A DNA stretch of 64,000 nucleotides from a virus: the IMG/VR virus record IMGVR_UViG_3300045988_174937; one strand, given 5' to 3'. Below the pieces are notes generated by a model. The model worked only from the letters and a program-made list of their open reading frames with translations, was not told the DNA's origin and made no database searches. Shown piece after piece: positions 37,000 through 46,766 of the stretch. A program made the position numbers and the translations under genes. Numbering within the stretch: the first letter of the stretch is position 1; each line of letters starts with the position of its first letter.

Positions 37000-37774
37000 A
37001 CACGCCGTGGAGGGGTACATCCTCACCGACCAGCACCCGATTAGGATAAAAGACCATCGGTTGTTCTTCAGCGAAGCCAAGTCCGTCGCCATTACCCCAG
37101 AGCAGGCCGCCATATTGTTGGATGGCGCCACGCTGGAGAACGGTGAGTACGTCCAACTGCGTTCTTCGTCGATGGTAGCTATCAAGCCCGGATATTATAC
37201 CGCCGATGCCGATGGTACGTTCCACTGGTTTGAACGCCGTCCGTCGTACTACGACGGCCAATGGTACACCACTGACGGCCGTTCGGAGTTGGTCGATAAG
37301 CGCGTACTGGAAGGACGCCTACCGCGCATCCCCACCCCCGACGACCAGTATCCTACGCAGTACGGCCCCAAACAGGCCCATACAGAGTCGTTAATCGGTA
37401 CGGACGTACTACCTGCCCCGGCATCGGCAGAACTCTTGGCACGAGGCTTAAAACCGCGAAAACAACTGGGGTACGTACTGCGCCGTGGACACCATTCGGG
37501 CGTATTACTCACCACCCATCAGCCGCGGGCGTTTGAAGCCCTACGAAACCACCGCTACCAACCAGCGTTTACTTTGGAAGACGTGTTGATGGAATTACTG
37601 ACGTATGGTCGTGTGCGTCTCGAACTGTTGGACGACAACCGCGTGTTGGTAGAAATCGACCAGTCGAAGAACCTATACATCGACCGTAATATCGCCATGG
37701 CGTTATTTGGCGCCCTGCTGTACGCTAATGCGATGTTGCGTAAAGAAGCAGAAATATGGAAAGAGAAGCGATGA
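36983..37774 (+). CDS. hypothetical protein
   Basis: ATG at 36983 inside ORF 36851..37774. Confidence 0.55.
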   Translation: MAWLVRHAVEGYILTDQHPIRIKDHRLFFSEAKSVAITPEQAAILLDGATLENGEYVQLRSSSMVAIKPGYYTADADGTFHWFERRPSYYDGQWYTTDGRSELVDKRVLEGRLPRIPTPDDQYPTQYGPKQAHTESLIGTDVLPAPASAELLARGLKPRKQLGYVLRRGHHSGVLLTTHQPRAFEALRNHRYQPAFTLEDVLMELLTYGRVRLELLDDNRVLVEIDQSKNLYIDRNIAMALFGALLYANAMLRKEAEIWKEKR

Positions 37775-38313
37775 AATACTACGTCACGTCGGCCGGAACG
37801 GCGACTTACGACGCTATTTTTGCGTTGGCGTGGAAACGAATACAGGCCCTGAATGCCGCACGGGCGTTTGTCGCGGGCGTTGGTGGCGTAAGCTATCGAC
37901 CAGCCAAAATGCTCTGGGCTGGCGGTATCTCCACCGTGGAGTTTACCACCACTCCGCCGTCAGGTTGGCGACGCGACGGTTCACCGTTGGCTAATATGTA
38001 TCGCCCTGACTCTACACCCGAGGGCCGTGCGCTTTACGAACGTATTCAGCGCCTACCACGTGTTGGCCGTAACGAGGTGAACGCCTTGGTGGGTTATACG
38101 GACTATTTCGCTGGATGTCGTGTGGAGGTAGAGGCCAACGTTAAAATCGTTGGCGTTAAGTTCGGTTTCGCCGTGTCGAAGTGGATGGTGGAATCGGGAC
38201 GCGCCAAAATACCCGCCGACTGCACCGAGGTCTCCAAGGAGGCATATGCCGACCTCACAGGCCAGAATATACGGTTGGCGTACAAACGTAAAAAACAACA
38301 GCAGAAGATATGA
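37771..38313 (+). CDS. hypothetical protein
   Basis: ATG at 37771 with an ATGA overlap. Confidence 0.55.
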   Translation: MKYYVTSAGTATYDAIFALAWKRIQALNAARAFVAGVGGVSYRPAKMLWAGGISTVEFTTTPPSGWRRDGSPLANMYRPDSTPEGRALYERIQRLPRVGRNEVNALVGYTDYFAGCRVEVEANVKIVGVKFGFAVSKWMVESGRAKIPADCTEVSKEAYADLTGQNIRLAYKRKKQQQKI

Positions 38314-38501
38314 GTACCGAGTTGATAGGCGTTGTAGGATTCGTCGTGTTTTTGGTGACGATAGTCCTTGTAATGATAATAGCGTTGGCGGAAGAACGTC
38401 GGAAACGTTCCGCGTCGCGTAAGCGAATCAACGCCCTACGCACCAACCGCCTGCGTTGGCTGTTGTTTAAGGAACGTGAAGAACAAAACCGCAAACGATG
38501 A
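38310..38501 (+). CDS. small membrane protein
   Basis: 63 aa. Hydrophobic N-terminus LIGVVGFVVFLVTIVLVMIIALA, then a basic tail. Confidence 0.5.
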   Translation: MSTELIGVVGFVVFLVTIVLVMIIALAEERRKRSASRKRINALRTNRLRWLLFKEREEQNRKR

Positions 38502-38538
38502 CTAAATTTGATTCCAACAGAAGAATTGGTTGACGATT

Positions 38539-38760
38539 ATGAGCAGTATGAATAAAAAGCGTCGCGGCCCTGCCGTATGTACTACGCCGCGTAACAACGT
38601 GCGGTTGGAACTCCACGAGTTGGAACTTTTGGTGAACACGTTGGAGGTTGAAGCAGGCATCAACCAAGCCGCGGTGGTCTATACCGATATGCAGTATACG
38701 GCCTTGGCGAATAAACTACGCTGGACGTTAGTACGCGAACGAGAACGCACCAAAAGATGA
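38539..38760 (+). CDS. hypothetical small protein
   Basis: ATG at 38539 inside ORF 38530..38760, which has a TTG start in the track. Confidence 0.5.
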   Translation: MSSMNKKRRGPAVCTTPRNNVRLELHELELLVNTLEVEAGINQAAVVYTDMQYTALANKLRWTLVRERERTKR

Positions 38761-39077
38761 AATACGAAATCTATAAAACGCGTGACGGGCTCCTGATCCC
38801 TGTACTCTACCCAGAGGACGCGGGTCAGGCGTTTCGCTTAACCGTCCCCGACGCCGTAAAGGTCAGCGAGGGTACAGCGCGTAACACCATCGCCTACGGA
38901 ATAGTCCCTACGCGTATGCGCCGCCAACCGTTTCCCGTCCATAACAACATTTGGCGTGACCGCGAATTGCTTGGCGCTTTGAGCGGTGACCACAACCGCT
39001 GGGCTTTTGTGGATTATCGTAACGAGGTGGCGCCAAAATACCCATTGTCGGCGCTCCATTCTAACGAAGAGCAATAA
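38757..39077 (+). CDS. hypothetical protein
   Basis: 106-aa ORF with an ATGA overlap. Confidence 0.55.
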   Translation: MKYEIYKTRDGLLIPVLYPEDAGQAFRLTVPDAVKVSEGTARNTIAYGIVPTRMRRQPFPVHNNIWRDRELLGALSGDHNRWAFVDYRNEVAPKYPLSALHSNEEQ

Positions 39078-39136
39078 TCTACAATGGTGTAGAATCCTCC
39101 AAACCATTTATTATTACAAAAATTAACAAGACAAAT

Positions 39137-40378
39137 ATGGCGGAAAGTCCTAACAATCTCGGTATCAACGATGAAATACCAGCCGATGTGGTTGATGCTG
39201 TTGCATGGCGAAAATACCAAGTTCTTCGCCATTCGATAATCGTACGACGTGTATCGGTTACGGCCAGCGACGGAACCAGCATTAACCTTAATTGGTTTCC
39301 TGAAAAGCTACATCGCTCGATAAAACATCTCTCTCCCGAAGAACGCGAAGAAATCGAAGCGCTGTATTCCAAGCGCAAGAAAGTGGTTATGGTCGCCAGC
39401 CGCCAAAAAGCCATCGCTCGGGGTAGTTATATCGCTGGACAAAAGCGTCGTGCTGAAGCCCGTGCCGAATTCGAAAAGCTGAACGCCAGCGACCTATCTC
39501 TGGTCGAAGATATCAAGGAACTACTCGGTAAGATGTTCACCCCCAAGGAGGTTGTACGTATTATGGCCGAAAGCCGTGAATTGGAGATTACCCAGGACTA
39601 CGTACAGGAAATCCTCAAGCGCCATATCACCGATATCGAGAAACGCCGCGAAGAGTTCCGTAACCGTGTACAGGATGTGCGTCTGTATTCGAAGCGTCCT
39701 CGGTTGGAGGAATTGGCGTGGATGTATAGCCAGATGAAACTCCGTTACAAGGCCCTGCGTGGTGTGGAAGCCTACAACGCCATGTTGCGTACTTTGGAGC
39801 AAATACGAAAGGAAGCTGAGGGTGACCAAATCTTCATTAACGGCGCTGTGGACATTAACGTCGAAGCAGAGATACGTATGCACATCCAGGAAACCATCTA
39901 CAAGAGTATTAACCTCAAAGAGATTATCCTGGGACGCGTGGCGGCACGTATGAACTGGAGTCTACCAAAACTCGTTGCTGGACTTCACAACTCGTATTAC
40001 GCCCGCTTCATGCCTACCAACGAAGAGTATGACCCCAAGGCAGAAATGGAATATCCATCATCCATGAACTACGACTTCAACCGCATACAACATGACCACG
40101 CCGTAAGCGGTATTGACGAAGTGGAGGATGTAAAGGCCGAACCCGTTACCGATAACGAACGTACTACAGCCACCGCCATCCGCGACTTGTTCTTGCAACG
40201 TATCAAGCAACAGCGTGATGCTTTGGAAGAACCACGGCGACGTGTTGAAGCAGAAACGGAATTCTGGCGCACAAAGTTTAACAAGACAGCGGGTGACGAC
40301 CACGAATTAACCAAGGAGGAGGGACGTGTACCGCAACATAAGTTTAACAAAAAGCAAAAATCTAAATTCAAGAAGTGA
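39137..40378 (+). CDS. hypothetical protein (coiled-coil, basic C-terminus)
   Basis: 413-aa ORF. No motif recognised. Confidence 0.6.
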   Translation: MAESPNNLGINDEIPADVVDAVAWRKYQVLRHSIIVRRVSVTASDGTSINLNWFPEKLHRSIKHLSPEEREEIEALYSKRKKVVMVASRQKAIARGSYIAGQKRRAEARAEFEKLNASDLSLVEDIKELLGKMFTPKEVVRIMAESRELEITQDYVQEILKRHITDIEKRREEFRNRVQDVRLYSKRPRLEELAWMYSQMKLRYKALRGVEAYNAMLRTLEQIRKEAEGDQIFINGAVDINVEAEIRMHIQETIYKSINLKEIILGRVAARMNWSLPKLVAGLHNSYYARFMPTNEEYDPKAEMEYPSSMNYDFNRIQHDHAVSGIDEVEDVKAEPVTDNERTTATAIRDLFLQRIKQQRDALEEPRRRVEAETEFWRTKFNKTAGDDHELTKEEGRVPQHKFNKKQKSKFKK

Positions 40379-40947
40379 TGGAAATTCAAGAATTCAAGCA
40401 GCGCTGGAACGGCCAGCCCATCGAACTCATCAGCACCGAGGAAGCGTGCGTGTTGGTAAATCTTCAGCGCGAACTGGAGGAGCGTGCGTCGTATGTCGCT
40501 CAAAAGGCCGCGGCCATCGGTTGGCAGGCCTCAAAGGTAGTACCCGTCGCCAACGGCTGGGCCGATCGTACCCGTAACCTGATGTTCGTTGGCGACGACG
40601 TGGCAGGGAAGTTCGTAACTACCCCCACCGAGGTACGTTCGTTTGGCGAATTTCGGCGCGACTTCGAAAACATGATGTACATGCTGCAGACGCGCGTTGA
40701 GGCCTCGGACTACGTGATGGGCGCCATCCGTTCGCTGGGCTTCGACGTTCGTCCCGACACCACGGTGGAGAAGATGACGGCGATGGAAATAGCCGCCGTG
40801 GCGTCGTCCCCTGAGACAGGTGTAGTTCCGGCGTTCGCCAACACGTCAGCGGCCGTGTACATCTCCCTCAGCGAAAAGGACCGTAACGTGCGATTTGTGG
40901 CCGTGGCCGGAGTCGGGTGGTACAAGGTAACGTTCGCCGATCGATAA
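40378..40947 (+). CDS. hypothetical protein
   Basis: ATG at 40378 (TGATG overlap). The track uses GTG at 40375. Confidence 0.6.
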   Translation: MEIQEFKQRWNGQPIELISTEEACVLVNLQRELEERASYVAQKAAAIGWQASKVVPVANGWADRTRNLMFVGDDVAGKFVTTPTEVRSFGEFRRDFENMMYMLQTRVEASDYVMGAIRSLGFDVRPDTTVEKMTAMEIAAVASSPETGVVPAFANTSAAVYISLSEKDRNVRFVAVAGVGWYKVTFADR

Positions 40948-40965
40948 CGAAAATTCAAGACCAAA

Positions 40966-41511
40966 ATGGACGACAAATCGACATTATTCGCCGCGCTGGT
41001 GTGCGCCTTGGCTATCGTCGTGGCGCTGATCGCGGAACACCGCCCGTCTTTCTTCTGGTGGCGGTATTTGTTCGGGTTGGAGAAAACCAGCCCTGACGAA
41101 ATGGAATGGAACGAGGTGTTACAGCGTATTCGTAAACGCACTCAACGGGCCTTTGAACGCGAACCTGGCTCCAAGGTCCTTTCCAACGGCGTCTACGCTG
41201 AGTACCACGAAGAAGAATACCCTGGCGGCAACTTGCGTCAGGAATTGACACTGTGGCTGAAACGACAAAATATGCTCCAATTCCCGTTCGTGGTGAATAT
41301 CTGTTTACTCGACGGTACGGCTGATATCACGGGCATTGGCGCCAACGAAGCCGACGACTACCAGTGGATGATGGAGCAAATTGGTGCTGAGTCGTGCTAC
41401 GAAATCGCCAAGCGGACGTATATCTGTGAGCAGGGCAGCCACCGCGGCCAAACCGAACGCGCCAAGGTCGAACACGAGTACATCCAGTGGATAGCGCGGA
41501 AATTCATCTAA
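40966..41511 (+). CDS. hypothetical protein with N-terminal transmembrane segment
   Basis: 181 aa. LFAALVCALAIVVALIA near the N-terminus. Confidence 0.6.
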   Translation: MDDKSTLFAALVCALAIVVALIAEHRPSFFWWRYLFGLEKTSPDEMEWNEVLQRIRKRTQRAFEREPGSKVLSNGVYAEYHEEEYPGGNLRQELTLWLKRQNMLQFPFVVNICLLDGTADITGIGANEADDYQWMMEQIGAESCYEIAKRTYICEQGSHRGQTERAKVEHEYIQWIARKFI

Positions 41512-41555
41512 CAACGTTACTCCACCAGACGCCGCGAGGCGGTGTAACACTTCTT

Positions 41556-41588
41556 CCCCCAGTAGGCGAGTGCCTGCTGGGGGTTTTG
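41556..41588 (+). terminator. intrinsic terminator
   Basis: CCCCCAGTAGGC pairs with GCCTGCTGGGGG (one mismatch), followed by TTTTG. Confidence 0.7.
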
Positions 41589-41628
41589 TATAAAATTCGA
41601 TAAATTATCGAAAAAGTCGCCAAAATAT

Positions 41629-41659
41629 TTTGTAGATTGGAAAATTCGTATTACCTTTG
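41629..41659 (+). promoter_or_regulatory. Bacteroidota-type promoter P2
   Basis: TTTG at 41629-41632, a 19-nt spacer, TACCTTTG at 41652-41659. Nearly identical to P4 over about 45 bp. Confidence 0.65.
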
Positions 41660-41668
41660 TAGTGGAAA

Positions 41669-41881
41669 ATGAAACTAAACTCTGTAAAAATGGACAAGAA
41701 TCGTAAACAACTGGAAGAACGCGCCGCGTGGATGCTGGTTATAATCGTCGTCGTGATAGCTTTCGTTGGCGTCAACTTGGTGTGGTACGGCGAGGGCTTG
41801 ACGAAACTGTGCGGACTGCTCGTTATTGGGTATGGCGGGTATGTGATTAACCGGATTATTGAACGCTTAAACCGTCGGTAG
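41669..41881 (+). CDS. small membrane protein
   Basis: 70 aa with AAWMLVIIVVVIAFVGVNLVWYG and LCGLLVIGYGGYVI. ATG 41669 is only 9 nt from the -7 box, so ATG 41690 may be the real start. Confidence 0.5.
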   Translation: MKLNSVKMDKNRKQLEERAAWMLVIIVVVIAFVGVNLVWYGEGLTKLCGLLVIGYGGYVINRIIERLNRR

Positions 41882-41885
41882 CCCT

Positions 41886-41993
41886 ATGACGCGTGAAATG
41901 ATTATCGCTGCGGCGTATGCTGCTGGCTGGGATGGTGAAACGCCCAGCGTTACCGAGGCTGAAGCCTATTTGGCCGCCATCGTAAGATTGTAG
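41886..41993 (+). CDS. possible 35-aa ORF not in the ORF track
   Basis: ATG 41886 to TAG 41991-41993 (MTREMIIAAAYAAGWDGETPSVTEAEAYLAAIVRL) fills an otherwise empty 133-nt gap. Confidence 0.2.
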   Translation: MTREMIIAAAYAAGWDGETPSVTEAEAYLAAIVRL

Positions 41994-42014
41994 AACCGTA
42001 TTGTGTTTTGAAAA

Positions 42015-42242
42015 ATGGAAAAGAATTACATCGTTAACGATCAAACTCGTTATATCCCGCGGGAAGAACTCGTCCAATTGGAAGAAACCATCTGGTGGGC
42101 TTCGCGCCTCACAAATCCTGATATTATCGTGACTAACACCGATAATTTTGAAGACGTTGACGCTTATCGTTCAGCGGCCCTCCAAGAATTAGCGCGAATT
42201 AACGTGCGCCGTCAAGAACTCTTGAAAATACTATTAGAATAG
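42015..42242 (+). CDS. hypothetical small protein
   Basis: 75-aa ORF. Confidence 0.5.
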   Translation: MEKNYIVNDQTRYIPREELVQLEETIWWASRLTNPDIIVTNTDNFEDVDAYRSAALQELARINVRRQELLKILLE

Positions 42243-42247
42243 CAAAT

Positions 42248-42574
42248 ATGAAATCCGAGACCCTTAAACAGTTCCTGGCTGAGAAGCGTAAGGCCTACGC
42301 CCAGTCCGCTGAGGCCGTAATGAAGACGTTGGACACGCTTACGCACGTAAGCGGTAACGCGTACTTCGGTTCGGCCGTAATTATCAACATCACCGATCTC
42401 GAAGGCAAAGTCTTAGCCGACGCCGCCATCAACGGCGAGTTCTTCGACGCCTTACGGCCTCACCTCGTTGAGGCGTATCGCCAAACGCTGGCTGAAAAGT
42501 CAATTTTCGCTGAACACAATCTCCGTAAAATGCAATGTATGATCAAGGCCCTCGACCCCGAGCGCTCTAAATAA
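42248..42574 (+). CDS. hypothetical protein
   Basis: 108-aa ORF. Confidence 0.55.
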   Translation: MKSETLKQFLAEKRKAYAQSAEAVMKTLDTLTHVSGNAYFGSAVIINITDLEGKVLADAAINGEFFDALRPHLVEAYRQTLAEKSIFAEHNLRKMQCMIKALDPERSK

Positions 42575-42585
42575 CCCCCCAAACG

Positions 42586-42915
42586 ATGAATCCTCTGTAC
42601 CGTATCGGCTCCCGCGTGAAGGTTAAGACGTGGCCCGAAATAGCTGAATACGTCGGTGTTGAATACGACGAACGGACGTTCTTGGAGTTGGAAGGCGTGG
42701 TATACGATGACGCCAACGACGACCCTATCGGGTTGTTGGACGAAATGTACGACGCCGCTGGTAAGGGCGAAGACACGTGCCTTATCGTTGGCGGCGATAC
42801 CGAGGACGAGTTCCCGACCTACCACCTGCGTAACCTACGCACAGGCCAGATGGTAGAACGCGAACCACGTGCGCCGTACCAGTTCCGTGATTGGATGTTA
42901 AAACTGACGCGGTGA
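42586..42915 (+). CDS. hypothetical protein
   Basis: 109-aa ORF. Confidence 0.55.
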   Translation: MNPLYRIGSRVKVKTWPEIAEYVGVEYDERTFLELEGVVYDDANDDPIGLLDEMYDAAGKGEDTCLIVGGDTEDEFPTYHLRNLRTGQMVEREPRAPYQFRDWMLKLTR

Positions 42916-43148
42916 TGACTAAGGACGAAATAATACGCCAAATCGAGGATGTACGTCGTCAACGCGCCAAGACCGAACGCCAGTTGATAGCGCGAGGACG
43001 CGGTTATCCCGTCCACAACGACGCCGAGGTAGAACTCACACTCGATGAGTACCACTACGAGGGTTCTTCGTCACGCAGCGAGGAGCGGCTGTTGGCCCTC
43101 CTGGACGAAGAACGCGCTAAATACACCACCACCCTAACTTATCTGTGA
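42915..43148 (+). CDS. hypothetical small protein
   Basis: ATG at 42915 (TGATG overlap) inside ORF 42891..43148. Confidence 0.5.
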   Translation: MTKDEIIRQIEDVRRQRAKTERQLIARGRGYPVHNDAEVELTLDEYHYEGSSSRSEERLLALLDEERAKYTTTLTYL

Positions 43149-43149
43149 T

Positions 43150-43632
43150 ATGGCCCGACAACACGGTAAGCGCGACATTCTGTACGACGGCAGTGCCGCG
43201 CTCAAGGAACTTACAGAAAACTACGCCACGATGGATGTAAAGGCGTTCTGTGCTAAATGGGGGCTGTCGATTGCTACAGTTCGCTCGACGGCCTCGCGGA
43301 GGGGTTTACACCGTCTTCGTGGGAAACAGGCTAAAATCGGCACCGCCAACACGAATAAGGGCATTCAGCGTCCCGTGCTGCCGAAGCCCGAGCCTGAAAC
43401 CCCGCCCGCGCCAGCCTACGAACCGCCAAAAGATATGATTCCGCCATCGTTACTTAAACAGGTACGTGGTCGTCGCTTGCGGGCTTGGAAAGAACCCTCG
43501 TCGCGTGCCGAACTCAACACGATGCCTGTACCGTATCCGTTCAGCGAAATCGCCGACGCACCCTACAACCGCGGATTGGATGAAACACCAGAAGAAACGG
43601 GTCGCGTTATAAGACACACCAAAAACCGATAG
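43150..43632 (+). CDS. hypothetical protein, possible helix-turn-helix
   Basis: 160 aa. FCAKWGLSIATVRSTASRRGL resembles an HTH. Confidence 0.5.
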   Translation: MARQHGKRDILYDGSAALKELTENYATMDVKAFCAKWGLSIATVRSTASRRGLHRLRGKQAKIGTANTNKGIQRPVLPKPEPETPPAPAYEPPKDMIPPSLLKQVRGRRLRAWKEPSSRAELNTMPVPYPFSEIADAPYNRGLDETPEETGRVIRHTKNR

Positions 43633-43634
43633 CC

Positions 43635-44186
43635 ATGGACTACAAAGGACGTATATGCCGCCTGATCGTTGACGAATTGCCCGTTGACGCCTACGGAATG
43701 CGGGTGTTGGCCGCGGCACGTGACCTGTGGGCCAAGCAGGGTAAGGTGTGTATTTCAACGGGTCGTGCTTTGGGTGATTCCTTTCCGGTGGTACAGATTA
43801 TTGGCGGCGAACCGATGAACTACCCACAGCGCGTTATCGACGTCGTCACCGAATTGCGCCAAGCTAACCCACGTGTGTGGGTAAAGCTATTCACCGGGTT
43901 CCCCGACACGGAGGCGTTACTGAAAATAGCACCGTTGGTGAATGCTATTTCGGTGACGCTGGCGAGTGTGGATGATGAAAACCACTTCCGGGCTGCGCGT
44001 TTAGGGTTCCGCGACTTTGGTAAAACCAGTATGGAGATACGCTACAACTCCACCACCGGAGAAGACCCTACAGGCCGCGTATTTCCCCAGTATTGGCGGT
44101 TGGTGGATATGGCTCGTGTTGGTGACTATCTGTTGGAATCGACAGCCTGGGTGATGAAATACGCCAACGGAACGTTATTTAACTAA
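43635..44186 (+). CDS. hypothetical protein
   Basis: 183-aa ORF. It contains IIGGEP but no CxxxCxxC cluster motif. Confidence 0.55.
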   Translation: MDYKGRICRLIVDELPVDAYGMRVLAAARDLWAKQGKVCISTGRALGDSFPVVQIIGGEPMNYPQRVIDVVTELRQANPRVWVKLFTGFPDTEALLKIAPLVNAISVTLASVDDENHFRAARLGFRDFGKTSMEIRYNSTTGEDPTGRVFPQYWRLVDMARVGDYLLESTAWVMKYANGTLFN

Positions 44187-44201
44187 AATCTCGTAAACGA
44201 T

Positions 44202-44639
44202 ATGGACCAAAAACGTAACTACGACGACCCGCGCCTCAGCGAAGAAATGCGCCGTTACGGGTGTTACACCGTACCCAGCGATGACCCTAAGCACCCGCAC
44301 GACGCTCAAATCTGTCTAACGCCCGAGTTCCTGACCAACACCAAGGGGTACGCCATCACGATGGATATGGGGTTTGGAAAAGAACGTATCAACTCGTGGA
44401 CGCGTAACGCCAACGGCGTACTGGAGTTTCGCCAGTTCCCCGACCGCCTTTACCTCAACGAAACACCTGGTGAGGGTAAGTACACCGCCAACATCACGCT
44501 GACGTGTGAGTGTGGCGAAAATATCTCCCTCACTCACGACCAGGCGCGAATCTTTATGCGTGGCGCGTTTGAGGACCGCTACCTACCCAAGGTTCTGCTG
44601 CGCTGTCCTAAGTGTAACAAAATGCTATTCAAACCGTGA
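44202..44639 (+). CDS. zinc-ribbon-like hypothetical protein
   Basis: 145 aa with CECG...CPKC cysteine pairs. Confidence 0.55.
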   Translation: MDQKRNYDDPRLSEEMRRYGCYTVPSDDPKHPHDAQICLTPEFLTNTKGYAITMDMGFGKERINSWTRNANGVLEFRQFPDRLYLNETPGEGKYTANITLTCECGENISLTHDQARIFMRGAFEDRYLPKVLLRCPKCNKMLFKP

Positions 44640-44758
44640 TGAAACCGTTGGTATATATACTTAGGTTGGTGGTCCGTGTGGTCATCAACCTCCTTTATTT
44701 TATGGCTTGGAGTGTAGTTTTGGCGTTATTGGCGATGACGATATATTCGCTTGTGTGA
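44639..44758 (+). CDS. possible 39-aa hydrophobic ORF not in the ORF track
   Basis: ATG 44639 (TGATG overlap) to TGA 44756-44758: MKPLVYILRLVVRVVINLLYFMAWSVVLALLAMTIYSLV. Confidence 0.25.
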   Translation: MKPLVYILRLVVRVVINLLYFMAWSVVLALLAMTIYSLV

Positions 44759-44806
44759 CGTTTTGAGGATGTTGGTAAAAAAGTTGAAAAATTTTCTCCA
44801 AAATAT

Positions 44807-44837
44807 TTTGTAGATTGGAGAAAAGTTACTAATTTTG
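44807..44837 (+). promoter_or_regulatory. Bacteroidota-type promoter P3
   Basis: TTTG at 44807-44810, a 19-nt spacer, TAATTTTG at 44830-44837. Shares CCAAAATATTTTGTAGATTGG and TTTGCTCTTGGAAAAGAA with the other copies. Confidence 0.65.
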
Positions 44838-44869
44838 CTCTTGGAAAAGAAAACTAAACACTCAAAATT

Positions 44870-45316
44870 ATGAAAGCAACTATTGAAACTATCCGCGAAA
44901 TTGTAAAGGTTCTGACCGCTGACGAACAGCAACTCCTGAAAGACACCTTCCTCTACGGAGGCTGGGGAGACACCGACTACGAGTTCCTTGACGAAAACGG
45001 CAAGACCGAAACCGTTGGTGCTTGGGGCTACTGCACGAACGACGCCCGTGAGGGTGGACACTTTGCTGGTCGTGTCGTGGCTACGATGTTCCGCTCAATC
45101 TACAAGAAACTCTGTACCGCTAACCGTAACCAGATTGGCGCTCACCTTTCGCACTGTAACGACTGGTGGGGTGATGGTAGCGGTGATATGCTGTTCGTGC
45201 GCTCGGCGTGGGATAAGGCGTGGATGGAATGGGCCAAGGAGCCCATCCAGCCCGCTGAAGAGCCCAAGAACGAGGAGCGCCTGACCGACGCCATCAACGC
45301 TTTCCTCGCCAAGTAA
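44870..45316 (+). CDS. hypothetical protein
   Basis: 148-aa ORF, 32 nt downstream of the P3 -7 box. Confidence 0.6.
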   Translation: MKATIETIREIVKVLTADEQQLLKDTFLYGGWGDTDYEFLDENGKTETVGAWGYCTNDAREGGHFAGRVVATMFRSIYKKLCTANRNQIGAHLSHCNDWWGDGSGDMLFVRSAWDKAWMEWAKEPIQPAEEPKNEERLTDAINAFLAK

Positions 45317-45346
45317 AATAGTCAAAACCGCAAAACAAATAGCACG

Positions 45347-46174
45347 ATGAAAACGTACCGTATCAACCAATTCAAGACCAAGGAGGCCGTCATGGACGCC
45401 ATCATCGAGGTCTTCAAACGCCGCGAGGATTGGACCGAAGCCGAGGCCCGCCGTACCGGCATCAATCCCGAACCCACGTTCAAGGCCCAAAAGGCATACG
45501 ACCTGGCGTTCCAATCGATGGGGGGTAATTCGTTCCGGCCGGGTGAATACCAAAAGTCGAAGCGCGAAATGGTCGATTACCTGAACAATATGGAGTCGCT
45601 GTTTCACGACGCCCGCCTGAAATGGTTCCGCTTCTACACCCAGCACACCTACCTCTCCACCGACGCCGGCAAGAGCGAACGTGAAGCCCTCTTGAAAAAG
45701 ATTAACGTTTACAACGCTTCTATCGAGGGGTTGACGAACAATTTCTCCCGCGAATTGCTTGAGTTCCTGGAGAAGAATCGTAACTGCGTCGATTGGCGCG
45801 TGGCGCGGTATAGCGAGGATTCCGTAACGTTCGGGTTGGTGGATGCGGCCGATAATATCGACCAGCAGTCGCTGCTGACGTTTTACATCGATCGCGGCGT
45901 TACCGGCAACGACGAGCCTACGTTGGTAACCTCCATCCAGAATCAGGGGCGCTGGTCGTGTGAAGAGGTCGGACCGCAGTACGTCCGATATGCATGGATG
46001 GGCCTACTGCTGTTGGACGACCGCCTCAAATCGCTTAAAGAGGCGATGATAGGGTACGGGTCCGGCGTGAAGCAGATGACGACTGCCATCAGCACCGCCA
46101 ACGTTCAATTGCGTGAACTCGGGTTGGCGGACTGCGAAGCCCGCTTCGAAGAGTACGAACGCCAAAACTGGTAA
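45347..46174 (+). CDS. hypothetical protein
   Basis: 275-aa ORF. Confidence 0.6.
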   Translation: MKTYRINQFKTKEAVMDAIIEVFKRREDWTEAEARRTGINPEPTFKAQKAYDLAFQSMGGNSFRPGEYQKSKREMVDYLNNMESLFHDARLKWFRFYTQHTYLSTDAGKSEREALLKKINVYNASIEGLTNNFSRELLEFLEKNRNCVDWRVARYSEDSVTFGLVDAADNIDQQSLLTFYIDRGVTGNDEPTLVTSIQNQGRWSCEEVGPQYVRYAWMGLLLLDDRLKSLKEAMIGYGSGVKQMTTAISTANVQLRELGLADCEARFEEYERQNW

Positions 46175-46177
46175 GCC

Positions 46178-46480
46178 ATGAAACCCAAAAACCTTGTAAA
46201 TCTTTACATCGTCAACGCCGACACCAACAGCGACCTGCGCGATATGCCCGACACCGAACGTCGTATCGTCGAAGAGCGACGGCTGACAATGTCGCGCGAC
46301 CTGCTCCCCGCCCCTAACATCTTCACCCACGTACTTATCAACGGCGAACGGCGCAACGCCATAGCGGTGCAAAACCTTACGCACCGCGAGGCAGCCGAAG
46401 CGTGGTATCGCGTGGGGGTGACGTTCGGCGACTTCAACCCCGATCGCCAGATGTTCGAGAAAGTAGAAATTGAAGTCTAA
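46178..46480 (+). CDS. hypothetical protein
   Basis: 100-aa ORF. Confidence 0.55.
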   Translation: MKPKNLVNLYIVNADTNSDLRDMPDTERRIVEERRLTMSRDLLPAPNIFTHVLINGERRNAIAVQNLTHREAAEAWYRVGVTFGDFNPDRQMFEKVEIEV

Positions 46481-46499
46481 TCCCCTAATACAACGAATT

Positions 46500-46727
46500 A
46501 TGGCACCTAATCGAGTAACCCGCGCCACGGCCATGGCTACGGCCCGTGACTACGCAAAGAACCATTCCAAGGAGGCTATCCGTGTACAGGTAGCCCTGTA
46601 CCGCGACCAGGTCAAATCACTCAACCGCGCTAAGGCCAACGCCAGTGAAGAAGAAGTTCGTCGGTTGTGTGAACGTATAGCCGACACCCGTGAACTGCTA
46701 CGGGCATTCGAAAGGGAGGCCCAGTAA
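46500..46727 (+). CDS. hypothetical small protein
   Basis: ATG at 46500 inside ORF 46470..46727, which has a TTG start in the track. Confidence 0.5.
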   Translation: MAPNRVTRATAMATARDYAKNHSKEAIRVQVALYRDQVKSLNRAKANASEEEVRRLCERIADTRELLRAFEREAQ

Positions 46728-46766
46728 CCGAATTTCCGTAAACCATTCAAATCATAGTACAACAAA

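Noticed and set aside
43635-44186. A radical-SAM or QueE/NrdG-like enzyme, suggested by IIGGEP
   Set aside because: There is no CxxxCxxC iron-sulfur motif anywhere in the protein. A single short motif is not enough.
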